The notes under the pieces are model-generated. The model was not told the origin of the DNA and did no database searches. It saw only the letters and a program-made list of their open reading frames with translations. A stretch of 64,000 nt of DNA, taken from an uncultured Acidobacteriota bacterium. Its GTDB lineage: Bacteria; Acidobacteriota; Vicinamibacteria; Vicinamibacterales; 2-12-FULL-66-21. Position 1 is the stretch's first letter; every line of letters begins with the position of its first letter. The stretch lies in contig CAVQXJ010000025.1 of the NCBI GenBank assembly GCA_963717745.1, positions 106,817 through 170,816 on the forward strand, in the 5' to 3' direction. Below are positions 21,515 to 31,284 of the stretch, piece after piece. The position numbers and the translations under genes are program-made.

Positions 21515-22615
21515 ATGTCCACCGACGCGATTCACATGGCCCGTGCGCTCGCGCTGGCGGAGCGCGGCCGCGGCCGCACCAGTCCGAACCCGATGGTTGG
21601 TGCAGTGGTCGTGGACGACGAAGGCGTCGTGGTCGGCCGCGGCTCGCACGAGCAGGCCGGCGGCCCGCATGCCGAAGTTCATGCGCTGGCCGACGCCGGC
21701 GGCCGGTCGAGAGGGGCCACGCTGTACTGCACGCTGGAACCGTGCAGTCACACCGGGCGCACCGCCCCGTGTGCGCCACAGGTGGTCGCGGCCGGCATCC
21801 GCAGGGCGGTGATCGCGATCGAAGATCCCAATCCGCTCGTCCAGGGCCGGGGTCTGGCCTATTTGCGCGAGCGCGGCGTCGATGTCTCGGTCGGCATCCT
21901 CCGCGGGCAGGCCGAACGCCTGAATGCGCCGTTCCTGAGCGTGATGCGGCGCGGGCGCCCGTTCATCACCATGAAGGTGGCGCTCAGTCGTGACGGCTTC
22001 GTGGCCGGACCGGGCGGGGCGCGGGTGCCGTTGACCGGCTCTGCCGCCAACCGCTTCATTCAGCGCGAGCGGGCGGAAGTCGACGCGATCGCGGTCGGCG
22101 CGGGCACCATCGCCGCCGACGATCCGCTGTTGACCGCGCGCGGCGCCTTCCGGACGCTCCCGTTCACCCGCGTCGTGTTCGATCGAGGGCTGCGGACGCC
22201 GCCCGGGGCCCGGTTACTGGCCACCGCCGCCGCGGGGCCGATAATAGTGTTTGGGATGGCCGCCGATGACCCCGCCGCCCGCGACAGGGCCGACCTGCTG
22301 TCCCGAGCCGGTGCCCACATCGAGTGGATTCCGCGGCAGCCGTCGGACGGATTCCTGAGGGCGTCGTTCTCGCGGCTGGCCGCCAACGGCGTCTCGTCCG
22401 TGATGCTCGAAGGCGGCCCGCGATTGCACGCCGCGGCCTGGGAGGCCGGCCTCGTGGACCGTGTGCAGGTGTTCCGGACGTCAAAGGTGATAGGGGCTGG
22501 CGGGCTGGCCTGGCTGGATCCGGCGGGGTTCACGACGGCGGATCTCGACGACGTCACTACGGTGCGGCTGGGAGACGATGTGATGGTGGAAGGTCTTGTT
22601 CACCGGGCTGGTTGA
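21515..22615 (+). CDS. ribD: bifunctional riboflavin biosynthesis deaminase/reductase RibD
   Basis: RGRGRTSPNPMVGAVVV...HAEVHAL...LYCTLEPCSHTGRTAPC..., followed by the reductase half. Confidence 0.9.
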   Translation: MSTDAIHMARALALAERGRGRTSPNPMVGAVVVDDEGVVVGRGSHEQAGGPHAEVHALADAGGRSRGATLYCTLEPCSHTGRTAPCAPQVVAAGIRRAVIAIEDPNPLVQGRGLAYLRERGVDVSVGILRGQAERLNAPFLSVMRRGRPFITMKVALSRDGFVAGPGGARVPLTGSAANRFIQRERAEVDAIAVGAGTIAADDPLLTARGAFRTLPFTRVVFDRGLRTPPGARLLATAAAGPIIVFGMAADDPAARDRADLLSRAGAHIEWIPRQPSDGFLRASFSRLAANGVSSVMLEGGPRLHAAAWEAGLVDRVQVFRTSKVIGAGGLAWLDPAGFTTADLDDVTTVRLGDDVMVEGLVHRAG

Positions 22616-23201
22616 GGCGCTCGGTGAAATCACCGAAGTCAAACCGACACCCGGCGGGTTTCGACTGCGATTGAGCACGTCGCTGGCGCCCGAGCTGGCC
22701 AATGGGGACAGCCTGGCGGTGAACGGCGTCTGCCTGACCGTGATTGCGGCCGATCCGTATGCCGTCCACCTCGACGTGTCGCCGGAGACGGTCCGTGTGA
22801 CCACGATGGGCACGCTCAAGCGGGGGTCCATGGTGAATCTCGAGCGGCCGCTGCGCGCCGATTCGCGGCTGGGCGGCCACTTCGTCCAGGGGCACGTGGA
22901 TGGCATCGCCACCGTCGAAGACGTGCGTCAGGACGGCGACTCGTACTGGCTCACCATCATGTTCCCGCCGGCGCTCGCCGCGTTCATCGTGCGCAAGGGA
23001 TCCATCACGGTGAACGGAGTCAGCCTGACCGTGGCCGGCGTCGACGATCGCCGACTCGACGTGCAAATCATTCCGTACACGTGGACACACACGAACTTCC
23101 AGGCACTGAAGGCGGGCGAGACGGTGAATCTCGAGTGCGACATCCTCGGCAAATACGTCGCGCGGGCGATCGAGCTGTCCGGGACCGCGGAGCGCAGATA
23201 G
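22596..23201 (+). CDS. ribE: riboflavin synthase (alpha chain)
   Basis: [12 protein letters not shown]...[13 protein letters not shown]...NLERPL....[12 protein letters not shown]...[15 protein letters not shown] start; overlaps the ribD 3' end by 20 nt. Confidence 0.9.
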   Translation: MFTGLVEALGEITEVKPTPGGFRLRLSTSLAPELANGDSLAVNGVCLTVIAADPYAVHLDVSPETVRVTTMGTLKRGSMVNLERPLRADSRLGGHFVQGHVDGIATVEDVRQDGDSYWLTIMFPPALAAFIVRKGSITVNGVSLTVAGVDDRRLDVQIIPYTWTHTNFQALKAGETVNLECDILGKYVARAIELSGTAERR

Positions 23202-23203
23202 AC

Positions 23204-24433
23204 ATGACACCCACACGAGCCCGGCGCAAGTCGGCCTTCGCCCCAATCGACGAGGCGGTCGAGGCCTTTCGCAACGGCGACATGATCATCGTCGTCGACG
23301 ACGAGGACCGTGAGAACGAAGGGGATTTGACGGTCGCGGCCGAGAAGGTGACGCCGCAGGTGATCAACTTCATGGTCACGCATGGCCGCGGCCTGGTCTG
23401 CGTGGCCTTGACCGAGGACCGGCTCGCCGAGCTCGACCTGCCGCACATGGTCCGCGAGAACACCTCCCAGTTCGAGACCGCGTTCACGGTCACCATCGAT
23501 GCGAAAGGCGTGACCAGCACCGGCGTGTCAGCGGCCGATCGCGCGGCCACGATTCTGGCGACGATCAATCCGCGCACCCGTCCTTCGGACCTGGCGCGGC
23601 CGGGCCATGTCTCGCCGCTGAAGGCGCGCAAGGGCGGGGTCCTGGTGAGAGCGGGGCAGACCGAGGCGGCAGTCGACCTGGCCCGCATCGCCGGGTTGTA
23701 TCCGGCCGGCGTCATCTGCGAAATCATGAACAAGGACGGCAGCATGGCGCGCGTCCCCGAGCTCACGCGCTTCGCCAAGCGGCACAAGCTGCCGATGATC
23801 ACCATCGCCGATCTGATCCAGTACCGGATGCGGACCGAGGCGCTGGTGCGGCGGGTCGCGTCGGCGGCGCTGCCGACCGCGCAAGGGGACTTCCGGGTCA
23901 TCGCGTTCGAGAGCCAGCTCGACGGCGAAACCCACGTGGCGCTGGTCCGCGGCGAGATCGGCGACGGCGAGAACGTGCTGGTGCGCGTCCACTCGAAGTG
24001 CCTGACCGGCGACGTCTTCCACTCGGCGCGGTGCGACTGCGGTCCGCAGCTCGACGCGGCGATGACCCGCATCGCCGACGAGGGGCGCGGCGTGCTGCTC
24101 TACCTCAATCAGGAAGGCCGCGGAATCGGGCTGGCCAACAAGATTCGCGCCTACGAGCTGCAGGATCAGGGGCTCGACACCGTCGAGGCGAACGAGCGTC
24201 TCGGCTTCAAGGCGGATCAGCGCGACTACGGCATCGGCGTCCAGATTCTGAAGGATCTCGGCGTGCGGTCGATGCGCCTGCTGTCGAACAATCCCCGCAA
24301 GCTGGTCGGCATCGAGGGCTACCAGCTCTCGGTGGCGGAATGGCTCCCCCTGGAGATCGCGCCGTCGGACCACACGCGCGGCTACCTGAAGACCAAGAAA
24401 GAGAAGCTCGGCCACAAGCTCACCTCGGTCTGA
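23204..24433 (+). CDS. ribBA: bifunctional 3,4-dihydroxy-2-butanone-4-phosphate synthase / GTP cyclohydrolase II
   Basis: Internal ATG 23204. Reads ...[16 protein letters not shown]...RPGHVSPL...[12 protein letters not shown]...[21 protein letters not shown]...[12 protein letters not shown]. Confidence 0.95.
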   Translation: MTPTRARRKSAFAPIDEAVEAFRNGDMIIVVDDEDRENEGDLTVAAEKVTPQVINFMVTHGRGLVCVALTEDRLAELDLPHMVRENTSQFETAFTVTIDAKGVTSTGVSAADRAATILATINPRTRPSDLARPGHVSPLKARKGGVLVRAGQTEAAVDLARIAGLYPAGVICEIMNKDGSMARVPELTRFAKRHKLPMITIADLIQYRMRTEALVRRVASAALPTAQGDFRVIAFESQLDGETHVALVRGEIGDGENVLVRVHSKCLTGDVFHSARCDCGPQLDAAMTRIADEGRGVLLYLNQEGRGIGLANKIRAYELQDQGLDTVEANERLGFKADQRDYGIGVQILKDLGVRSMRLLSNNPRKLVGIEGYQLSVAEWLPLEIAPSDHTRGYLKTKKEKLGHKLTSV

Positions 24434-24441
24434 CGCCCCGC

Positions 24442-24659
24442 ATTGCCAAGAGATGCCAAGATTGCCAAAATTAGCGGGCCATTCGCAGCCTCGGGGCTGA
24501 ATTCGTCAGTCCGGGTATCTCGCGGCGCTGTTGATCGCCTACCTTCGAACAGAACTCAAACCGACGGCGCGGCGGATCACCCAGCCAGTTCTGGAATCCC
24601 CGACCTTCGACAAACCCCCAAATTTTGGCACTCTTGGCATTTTTGGCATTCTTGGCATT
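24442..24659. repeat. family-B armed hairpin element, copy B3 (longest centre, ~150 nt)
   Basis: ATTGCCAAGAGATGCCAAGATTGCCAAAATTAGCGGG...CCCCCAAATTTTGGCACTCTTGGCATTTTTGGCATTCTTGGCATT. It starts 9 nt after the ribBA stop. Confidence 0.8.
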
Positions 24660-24743
24660 TGACGACCGCGCGTGAGCGCGTTACGATAAACGTTTGTTTC
24701 GTAAGCCCTTAGCGTCTCAGAGAAGGCCGTAACCGCTTCCCCG

Positions 24744-26096
24744 ATGTTCGACTCACTCAGCGATCGCCTGCAGGGGGTGTTCCGCTCGCTTCGCGGCGAA
24801 CGCCTGACGGAGCAGACCGTCGAGGCGGCGCTGCGCGAGATCCGCCTGGCGCTGCTCGAAGCGGACGTCAACTTCAAGGTCGTCAAGGCGTTCATCGACC
24901 GAGTGCGCGACCGCGCGGTGGATCAGGATGTCCTGAAGAGTCTGACGCCGGAGCAGCAGGTGGTCCGCATCGTCCGCGACGAGATGCTGGCGCTGTTCGG
25001 CGACACCCAGGGAGGCCTGCCGCCGTCGCAGGCCCGGCCGCGCGTGATCCTGCTGCTTGGCCTCCAGGGTTCGGGCAAGACGACAACCTCGGGGAAGCTG
25101 GGGCGATGGCTGGCGAAACAGGGGCGTCATCCGCTGCTGGTGTCGACCGACGTCCGGCGTCCCGCGGCGATTCAGCAGCTGGCGGTGGTCGGCAAGCAGG
25201 CGGGGGTACGGGTCTACGACCCGGCCGACGAGATGGATCCCGTCAAGCGCGCGAGCGGCGCGCTGACCGAAGCGCGCAACGCCGGGTTCGACGTCGTGAT
25301 CGTGGACTCGGCGGGCCGCCTGCACATCGACGATGAGCTGATGGACGAACTGCAGGCGATCAAAGCCGCGGTTCAGCCCTCGGACCTGCTGTATGTCGCG
25401 GACGCGATGACCGGGCAGGACGCGATCAAGAGCGCCGGTGAGTTCAACCGGCGGATCGGCATCTCCGGAGTGGTGCTCTCGAAGATGGACGGCGACGCCC
25501 GCGGCGGCGCCGCGTTGTCGGTCGTCGGCGTGGTCGGCGTCCCGATCGCGTTCGTCGGCAGCGGCGAGCGGCTGCAGGATCTGGAGCCGTTCCATCCGGA
25601 TCGTGTGGTGTCGCGGGTCCTCGGGATGGGCGACGTGCTGTCGCTGATCGAGAAGGCCGAGGAAGCGGTCTCGCAGGAGGACGCCGAAAAGCTCGAGCGC
25701 AAGATCCGGATGAACGAGTTCACGCTCGAGGATTTCCGCGATCAGCTGCGCACCATCAAGAAGATGGGACCGATCGAGCAGATTCTCGGCATGCTGCCCG
25801 GCATGGGCAATCTGAAGGAGCTCGCGGCGAACCGCGAGCAGGTCGACGAGAAGCAACTGGGGCGGGTGGAGGCGATCATCAATTCGATGACCCCGCAGGA
25901 GCGGCGCAATCATCAGTTGCTCAACGGGAACCGTCGCAAGCGCATCGCCCGCGGCAGCGGGACGTCGGTCGAGGAGATCAACCGCCTGCTGAAGCAGTTC
26001 GTGCAGATGCAGAAGATGCTGAAGCAGCTCGGCGGGATGGTCGGCGGCAAGAAGAAGATGCGCGGCCTCGGGGCGATGAAGGGGATGTTGAAGTAG
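24744..26096 (+). CDS. ffh: signal recognition particle protein Ffh
   Basis: MFDSLSDRLQGVFRSLRG...LLGLQGSGKTTTSGKL...DVRRPAAIQQL...DSAGRL...SKMDGDARGGAA, with a Met-rich M domain. Confidence 0.95.
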   Translation: MFDSLSDRLQGVFRSLRGERLTEQTVEAALREIRLALLEADVNFKVVKAFIDRVRDRAVDQDVLKSLTPEQQVVRIVRDEMLALFGDTQGGLPPSQARPRVILLLGLQGSGKTTTSGKLGRWLAKQGRHPLLVSTDVRRPAAIQQLAVVGKQAGVRVYDPADEMDPVKRASGALTEARNAGFDVVIVDSAGRLHIDDELMDELQAIKAAVQPSDLLYVADAMTGQDAIKSAGEFNRRIGISGVVLSKMDGDARGGAALSVVGVVGVPIAFVGSGERLQDLEPFHPDRVVSRVLGMGDVLSLIEKAEEAVSQEDAEKLERKIRMNEFTLEDFRDQLRTIKKMGPIEQILGMLPGMGNLKELAANREQVDEKQLGRVEAIINSMTPQERRNHQLLNGNRRKRIARGSGTSVEEINRLLKQFVQMQKMLKQLGGMVGGKKKMRGLGAMKGMLK

Positions 26097-26100
26097 ATAG

Positions 26101-26176
26101 TTGCCAGTAGCCAGTTACCAGTTGGAAGACGAGATCACGGCTGGAAACCGGGAACTGGAAACTGGGAACTCACTGG
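26101..26176. repeat. family-C armed hairpin element, copy C2
   Basis: TTGCCAGTAGCCAGTTACCAGTTGG...CTGGAAACCGGGAACTGGAAACTGGGAACTCACTGG. It starts 5 nt after the ffh stop. The right arm runs into the rpsP Shine-Dalgarno (GGAG 26175-26178). Confidence 0.75.
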
Positions 26177-26183
26177 AGCTGAG

Positions 26184-26477
26184 ATGTTAGCTATTCGACT
26201 GAGACGTACGGGTTCGAAGAAGCGGCCGTTTTTCCGCGTGGTGGTCACCGACTCGCGCACCGCGCGCGACAGCAGCTTCGTCGAGATACTCGGGTTCTAC
26301 AACCCGCGCACCAAGCCGGAGACGCTGACCGTGAAGCGCGATCGGCTCGAGCACTGGATGAAGCTCGGGGCGCAGCCGTCGGACACCGTCCGCACGCTGG
26401 TGGACCGGATGCCCGCCGCGCCGCTGGCTGCGGAGGCGGCATCTCAGCCCGCCGCCGTGGAGCAGCCCGCGTCGTGA
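26184..26477 (+). CDS. rpsP: 30S ribosomal protein S16
   Basis: MLAIRLRRTGSKKRPFFRVVVTDSRTARDSSFVEILGFYNP. Confidence 0.95.
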   Translation: MLAIRLRRTGSKKRPFFRVVVTDSRTARDSSFVEILGFYNPRTKPETLTVKRDRLEHWMKLGAQPSDTVRTLVDRMPAAPLAAEAASQPAAVEQPAS

Positions 26478-26719
26478 GCCGGGCACGCGACGTCGTCGAG
26501 GTGATCGCGCGGGAGCTCGCGGATCAGCCGGACGGAGTCCGGGTGACGGAGCAGGCGCATCGCGGGCAGACCCTGATCGAGCTGTTCATGGCGCCGGGGG
26601 ATCTCGGCCGCGTGATCGGGCGGCAGGGGAGAACGGCCGCGGCATTGCGCACGTTGGTCGCGGCCGCCGCGGAGCTCGACGGCGCCAAGGTCACTCTCGA
26701 GTTCCGCGATCGGGATTGA
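26474..26719 (+). CDS. KH-domain RNA-binding protein (UPF0109 family)
   Basis: 81 aa with GRVIGRQGRTAAALRTL, in the conserved position between rpsP and rimM. Confidence 0.85.
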   Translation: MSRARDVVEVIARELADQPDGVRVTEQAHRGQTLIELFMAPGDLGRVIGRQGRTAAALRTLVAAAAELDGAKVTLEFRDRD

Positions 26720-26762
26720 CGCGGGCGCAGAGTCAAGGGAGAAGGGATTCCTTGTCATCGAA

Positions 26763-27290
26763 GTGAGTGATCTCGTTCTCGTCGGCCGGGTCGCGCGGGC
26801 GCATGGCAACCGGGGGCACGTGATCGTGAACCCCGATACCGATTTCCCGGACGAGCGATTCCGCATCGGTGCGGTGGTCCTGGTGGGGCCCGCGGCCACG
26901 GCTCGGACGATTCGTGCCGCGCGATTCCAACAGGGACGGCCGATCATCGCGCTCGAGGGGATCGAGACGATGGACGACGCAGAGGCGCTGGCGGGGGCGG
27001 AATTGAAGGTGCCGGCCGGGGCTGCCGGGTCGCTGCCGGAGCACACCTACTATCACTACGACCTCATCGGATGTGAGGTCGCCGACCCGGCCGGCAAGAC
27101 CATCGGCCCGGTCACGCGCGTGGAAGGCACGATGGAAATGAGCCGGCTGGTGGTCGCCGGCAGCCGTGGGGAAGTGCTGATTCCGCTGGTCGCGGACATT
27201 TGCACGGAGATCGACGTGGCCCGGCGGCGAATCGTGGTCAGCCCGCCGGCCGGTCTCCTCGAGGTGAACGAGCCCGGCGGGCAGTCGTGA
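26763..27290 (+). CDS. rimM: 16S rRNA processing protein RimM
   Basis: [19 protein letters not shown]...[11 protein letters not shown]...; GTG start. Confidence 0.9.
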   Translation: MSDLVLVGRVARAHGNRGHVIVNPDTDFPDERFRIGAVVLVGPAATARTIRAARFQQGRPIIALEGIETMDDAEALAGAELKVPAGAAGSLPEHTYYHYDLIGCEVADPAGKTIGPVTRVEGTMEMSRLVVAGSRGEVLIPLVADICTEIDVARRRIVVSPPAGLLEVNEPGGQS

Positions 27291-28042
27291 GAATCGACAT
27301 CGTCACCATCTTTCCGAAGATGGTGAGAGGGCCGCTCGAAGAGGGCATTGTCGCGCGGGCGATCGCGAAGGGGCTGCTCGACGTCGCGGTGCACGATCTG
27401 CGCGACTTCACCACCGACCGGCACCGGGTCGTCGACGATGTGCCGTTTGGCGGTGGACCGGGGATGGTGCTGAAGCCCGAGCCGCTGTTTTGCGCCGTCG
27501 ATGCGATTCGCGAGCGGGCGGGTGAGCCGGATGCAATCGTGCTGACGTCGCCGGACGGCCAGCGCTTCGGCCACGCCGACGCGCAGCGACTGAGCCGGCT
27601 GGGTCATGTGGTGATGCTGTGCGGCCGCTACGAAGGGGTTGACGAGCGGGTACGGCTCGGCCTCGCCACCGAGGAGCTCTCGATCGGCGACTACGTGGTG
27701 TCGGGCGGTGAGCTGCCGGCGCTGGTGATCACCGACGCGATTGCCCGGTTCGTGCCGGGTGTGGTCGGCGACGAGTGTTCGGTGGCGCGCGACACGTTCG
27801 CGCGCGGGCTGCTGGATTTCGCGCAGTACACGCGGCCGGCGGAGTTCAGGGGCGTGGCGGTGCCGCCGGTGCTGCTGTCCGGGCACCACGCCGAGATCGA
27901 GCGGTGGCGGCGGCGCGAGGCGTTGAAGCGAACGATCGAGCGCCGGCCGGATCTGCTGGGCGATCCCGCATCGCTGGATCCCGCGGATCGGGCGCTGCTG
28001 ATGGAACTGTTGGAACAAGGTGAGAAGGGAGCGTTGGAATGA
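27287..28042 (+). CDS. trmD: tRNA (guanine37-N1)-methyltransferase TrmD
   Basis: GTG 27287 overlaps the rimM stop. Reads [11 protein letters not shown]......[17 protein letters not shown]...[11 protein letters not shown]...[17 protein letters not shown]...YTRP. Confidence 0.93.
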   Translation: MRIDIVTIFPKMVRGPLEEGIVARAIAKGLLDVAVHDLRDFTTDRHRVVDDVPFGGGPGMVLKPEPLFCAVDAIRERAGEPDAIVLTSPDGQRFGHADAQRLSRLGHVVMLCGRYEGVDERVRLGLATEELSIGDYVVSGGELPALVITDAIARFVPGVVGDECSVARDTFARGLLDFAQYTRPAEFRGVAVPPVLLSGHHAEIERWRRREALKRTIERRPDLLGDPASLDPADRALLMELLEQGEKGALE

Positions 28043-28386
28043 CTGCCGTTGAAACCGTCGAACAGGCGCAGCTTGCGACCCGTCCGGCGATCAAGCCCGG
28101 GGACACCGTCAAGGTGCACGTCAAGGTGCGCGAAGGCGACAAGGAACGCATTCAGGTGTTCGAGGGCATGGTCATCGGAATGCACCGGGGCGGCGCCCGC
28201 GCGACGTTCACCGTCCGCAAGGTGTCGTTCGGTCAGGGAGTCGAGCGCATCTTCCCGCTCCACTCGCCGATCATCGACAAGATCGACGTGGTCCGCACCG
28301 CGCGGGTCCGCCGCGCGAAGCTGTACTTCCTCCGCGAACTGAAGGGCAAGGCGGCGCGGATGAAGGAACAGAAGCGGCCGGTCTAG
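28039..28386 (+). CDS. rplS: 50S ribosomal protein L19
   Basis: [32 protein letters not shown]...[20 protein letters not shown]. Confidence 0.95.
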   Translation: MTAVETVEQAQLATRPAIKPGDTVKVHVKVREGDKERIQVFEGMVIGMHRGGARATFTVRKVSFGQGVERIFPLHSPIIDKIDVVRTARVRRAKLYFLRELKGKAARMKEQKRPV

Positions 28387-28427
28387 TCCGCCGCCCCGAG
28401 CTCGACGCGGCAATCCGGCGGGCGTGC

Positions 28428-29054
28428 ATGGTCAAAGTGCGGGCGTTCAGGACGCTGGAGAATACTTTCCGGCGCATGGGCTTCAATCACATCGCCGGTG
28501 TGGACGAGGTCGGTCGCGGCTGTCTCGCCGGGCCGGTGGTGGCGGCGGCGGTGGTGCTGAATCCCGACCGCTACGTGGCCCGGGTGTGCGATTCGAAGAC
28601 GGTCACGGCGCTCGAACGCGAGCGGCTCTATCTCAGCATCACGCGGACCGCGGTGGCCTGGGGAGTCGCCGCCGCGGAGCCGGAGGAAATCGACACCATC
28701 AACATCCACCAGGCGTCGCTGCGCGCGATGCAGCGCGCGGTGCTGATGCTGGCGCCGTCGCCGGATTGCGTGCTCGTCGACGCGTTCCGGATCCCGGATC
28801 TCCTGATGGCGCAGCGCGCGGTGGTGCACGGCGATTCGCGCTGCACCGCCATCGCCGCGGCATCGATCGTGGCCAAAGTGACGCGCGACCGGATGATGCA
28901 CGAGCTCCACGCGCGCGATCCCCGGTACGGCTTCGACAAGCACAAGGGCTACGCGACCCGCGAACACCTCGACGCGGTCGCGCGATTCGGCTATTCCGAG
29001 GTCCATCGGCGTTCGTTTCGACCGCCGACCCTGTTTGATAGGATGGAGCCGTAA
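28428..29054 (+). CDS. rnhB: ribonuclease HII
   Basis: IAGVDEVGRGCLAGPVVAAAVVL...DSK...ASIVAKVTRD...GYGFDKHKGY.T.EH. Confidence 0.93.
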   Translation: MVKVRAFRTLENTFRRMGFNHIAGVDEVGRGCLAGPVVAAAVVLNPDRYVARVCDSKTVTALERERLYLSITRTAVAWGVAAAEPEEIDTINIHQASLRAMQRAVLMLAPSPDCVLVDAFRIPDLLMAQRAVVHGDSRCTAIAAASIVAKVTRDRMMHELHARDPRYGFDKHKGYATREHLDAVARFGYSEVHRRSFRPPTLFDRMEP

Positions 29055-29112
29055 CGCCCGCAGCGCCGACAATCTCCCGCCCGCGCTACCAGGCTCGTGG
29101 AGAACGCCCAAG

Positions 29113-31002
29113 GTGCCCATCGATCGCGAAGACACGCTGAAAAAAGCGGAAAAGCTGGTCAAGCAGGGGAAGCTCGACGCCGCCATCGCCGAGTACCTCC
29201 GCGTGGTCGAAGACCAGCCACGCGATTGGGCCACGGCCAACACCCTGGGCGACCTCTACGTGCGGGTCGGACAGCCCGACCAGGCGGCCGCGCAATACGC
29301 CCGGATCGCCCAGCACTTCATGGTCGAAGGCTTTTTTCCGAAGGCCGCCGCCCTCTTCAAGAAGCTCCTCAAGCTCACGCCGGACGACGAAGTCTCGCAG
29401 TTGAACCTGGCGGACATCTCACAGAAGCAAGGCCTCCTGGCCGATGCCAAGGCGCGGCTGAACGCGGTCGCGGTAAAGCGGCGGGCCCGCGGCGACCAGA
29501 CCGGCACCGCGGAGATCGTCGTGCTGCTCGGGTCGCTGGACCCTGCGGATTTCGAGGCGCGGAACGCCGCCGCCCGGACGCTTGCGGGAATGGGCCGGGT
29601 CGATGAGGCCGCGGCGCGCTTTCGTGCCATCTACGAGGATCTGCTCGAAAAGGACCGGCCCGCCGACGCGCTCGCGGCACTGCGGCAAGCGGTGGAGCTC
29701 AATCCAACCGATCAGGAGGGCCGCGCCGCGCTGGCCAAAGCCGCGGTCGACGCGGGGGACTTCGAAGGGGCGCGGCGCTTCCTGGATCGCGAGACCGCCG
29801 GCGCCGATCCCGCCCTGCAGCTGGCGCTCGTCGAAATTGAGCTGAAGGCGGGAAGGCTCGACGTGGCGCGAGAGCTTCTGCCGGCGCTGCTCGACCGGGG
29901 GGCGGACGAGCGACAGCCGTTGATCGAACTGGCTTGGACGCTGGCCGGCTCGAATCCCGACGCGGCTTGGACGATCGTCGAAGCCGCGGCCGGGGCGGCG
30001 GCGGCCCGATCGGAGTTCGGCGATGCCGTCGCGATGCTGCAGGAATTCGTGACCCGCGTTCCGAGACAGATTCAGGCGTTGCTCAAGCTGGCGGAAGTGT
30101 GTGTCGAGGGGGGCCTCGAGTCCACGATGTACGAGGCGCAAGCCGAGCTCGCGGATGCGTACCTCGCGACAGGTCAGGCGGCCGAGGCGCGCGGCATCGC
30201 CGAGGATCTCGTCGCCCGCGAGCCATGGGAACGGGCGCACATCGAGCGATTCCGTCGCGCTCTGGTGATGCTGCGGGTGGACGACCCGGACTCCGTGATC
30301 GCGGAACGCCTCAGCGGTCTGCAGCCGTTCACCGCGCAGGACGTGTTCGCCGCCGAGAGCAGCGGGTCGACCGAGTGGGAGTCGGCCCAGGCCAGCGAGG
30401 TTGCGTCCCCGGAGCCGGCTGCGGATTTGCCGCCCGAAACGCCCGAAGCCTCGCCGCCCGGCGCCGAGCCCGAGCCTGAAGCCGATCAAACCGAGTGGGC
30501 GCCTCTCCCCGATGCTCTTGGCGAGTCCAAGGACGCTGGCTCCGAAAACGAGGCCGGCCACAGCGAGGCGTTCGCCGCGGTCTTCGGTCAGCATGGAAGC
30601 CCGCCCGCGGACGAGCCCGACGCCGACACAGCCGAGGATCATATGACGCTGGCCCGCACCTACCTGGACATGAGCATGCCAGACGAGGCGGTCGAGCCGT
30701 TGAAGGAGGCGTTCAAGACACCGCAGTTCCGGTTCGAGGCCGCGGCGATGCTGGGCCGCCTGCACCAGCAGCGCGGCGACGTCCCGGAGGCGATCGAGTG
30801 GCTGGAGCGCGCGGCCGGTGCGCCCGCGCCGACGCGCGACGAAAGCCACGCGGTGCTCTACGATCTCGGCGTGCTGATCGAGGAAAGCGGCGACACCGCC
30901 CGGGCGCTCGCGCTCTTCCTCGAACTGCAGGCCGATGCCGGCGTCTACCGGGATGTGGCGGAGCGTGTCGAGCGCCTCGCACGGGTCGAAACCGGAGGCT
31001 GA
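29113..31002 (+). CDS. tetratricopeptide-repeat protein with an acidic low-complexity linker
   Basis: ORF 29035..31002. Plausible GTG start at 29113 (VPIDREDTLKKAEKLVKQGKLDAAIAEYLRVVEDQPRDWATANTLGDLYVRVGQPDQAAAQYARIA...). TPR-like helices occur at both ends. Confidence 0.6.
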   Translation: MPIDREDTLKKAEKLVKQGKLDAAIAEYLRVVEDQPRDWATANTLGDLYVRVGQPDQAAAQYARIAQHFMVEGFFPKAAALFKKLLKLTPDDEVSQLNLADISQKQGLLADAKARLNAVAVKRRARGDQTGTAEIVVLLGSLDPADFEARNAAARTLAGMGRVDEAAARFRAIYEDLLEKDRPADALAALRQAVELNPTDQEGRAALAKAAVDAGDFEGARRFLDRETAGADPALQLALVEIELKAGRLDVARELLPALLDRGADERQPLIELAWTLAGSNPDAAWTIVEAAAGAAAARSEFGDAVAMLQEFVTRVPRQIQALLKLAEVCVEGGLESTMYEAQAELADAYLATGQAAEARGIAEDLVAREPWERAHIERFRRALVMLRVDDPDSVIAERLSGLQPFTAQDVFAAESSGSTEWESAQASEVASPEPAADLPPETPEASPPGAEPEPEADQTEWAPLPDALGESKDAGSENEAGHSEAFAAVFGQHGSPPADEPDADTAEDHMTLARTYLDMSMPDEAVEPLKEAFKTPQFRFEAAAMLGRLHQQRGDVPEAIEWLERAAGAPAPTRDESHAVLYDLGVLIEESGDTARALALFLELQADAGVYRDVAERVERLARVETGG

Positions 31003-31284
31003 TCATTTCCTTCTCGACGCGTCTCCTCTTCGCCGCCTACTTCCTGGAAGCTGGCCTGATCCTCGATCGTCGCGCCGTGGTCCTCGTTCTGGGACCGCAA
31101 TTTCTTCGCCGCGACGCTGCCCGTGCTTGCGGGCGTCGTGGCGAGTCCCTACGCGCGCGGGGCGGTGACCGGCGTCGGACTGGTGACGCTGCTGGCCGGT
31201 CTGGCCGACCTCGCCGCCGCCTTCGCGTCCAGACGGGCGACGCCGAACCTGCCGTCGCGTCCGACCCTCCCGTCCGACCGATGA
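30999..31284 (+). pseudogene. small hypothetical membrane protein, apparent extra base near 31063-31066; start codon unclear
   Basis: LIISFSTRLLFAAYFLEAGLIL (the frame shared with ORF 30495..) continues one frame over as IVAPWSSFWDRNFFAATLPVLAGVVASPYARGAVTGVGLVTLLAGLADLAAAF...*. Its TGA overlaps the thiE ATG (ATGA 31281-31284). Confidence 0.35.

Noticed and set aside
24539-24895. Peptide-like repeats encoded by family-B arms (PRMPKMPRVPKFGG, GMPKMPRLPRLPKFGG, IAKNAKIAKIAKIL) as real Pro/Lys-rich proteins.
   Set aside because: They arise in whichever frame and strand crosses an arm. They are flanked by non-protein-like text and overlap well supported genes or their stop codons. They are a by-product of 9-bp periodic DNA.
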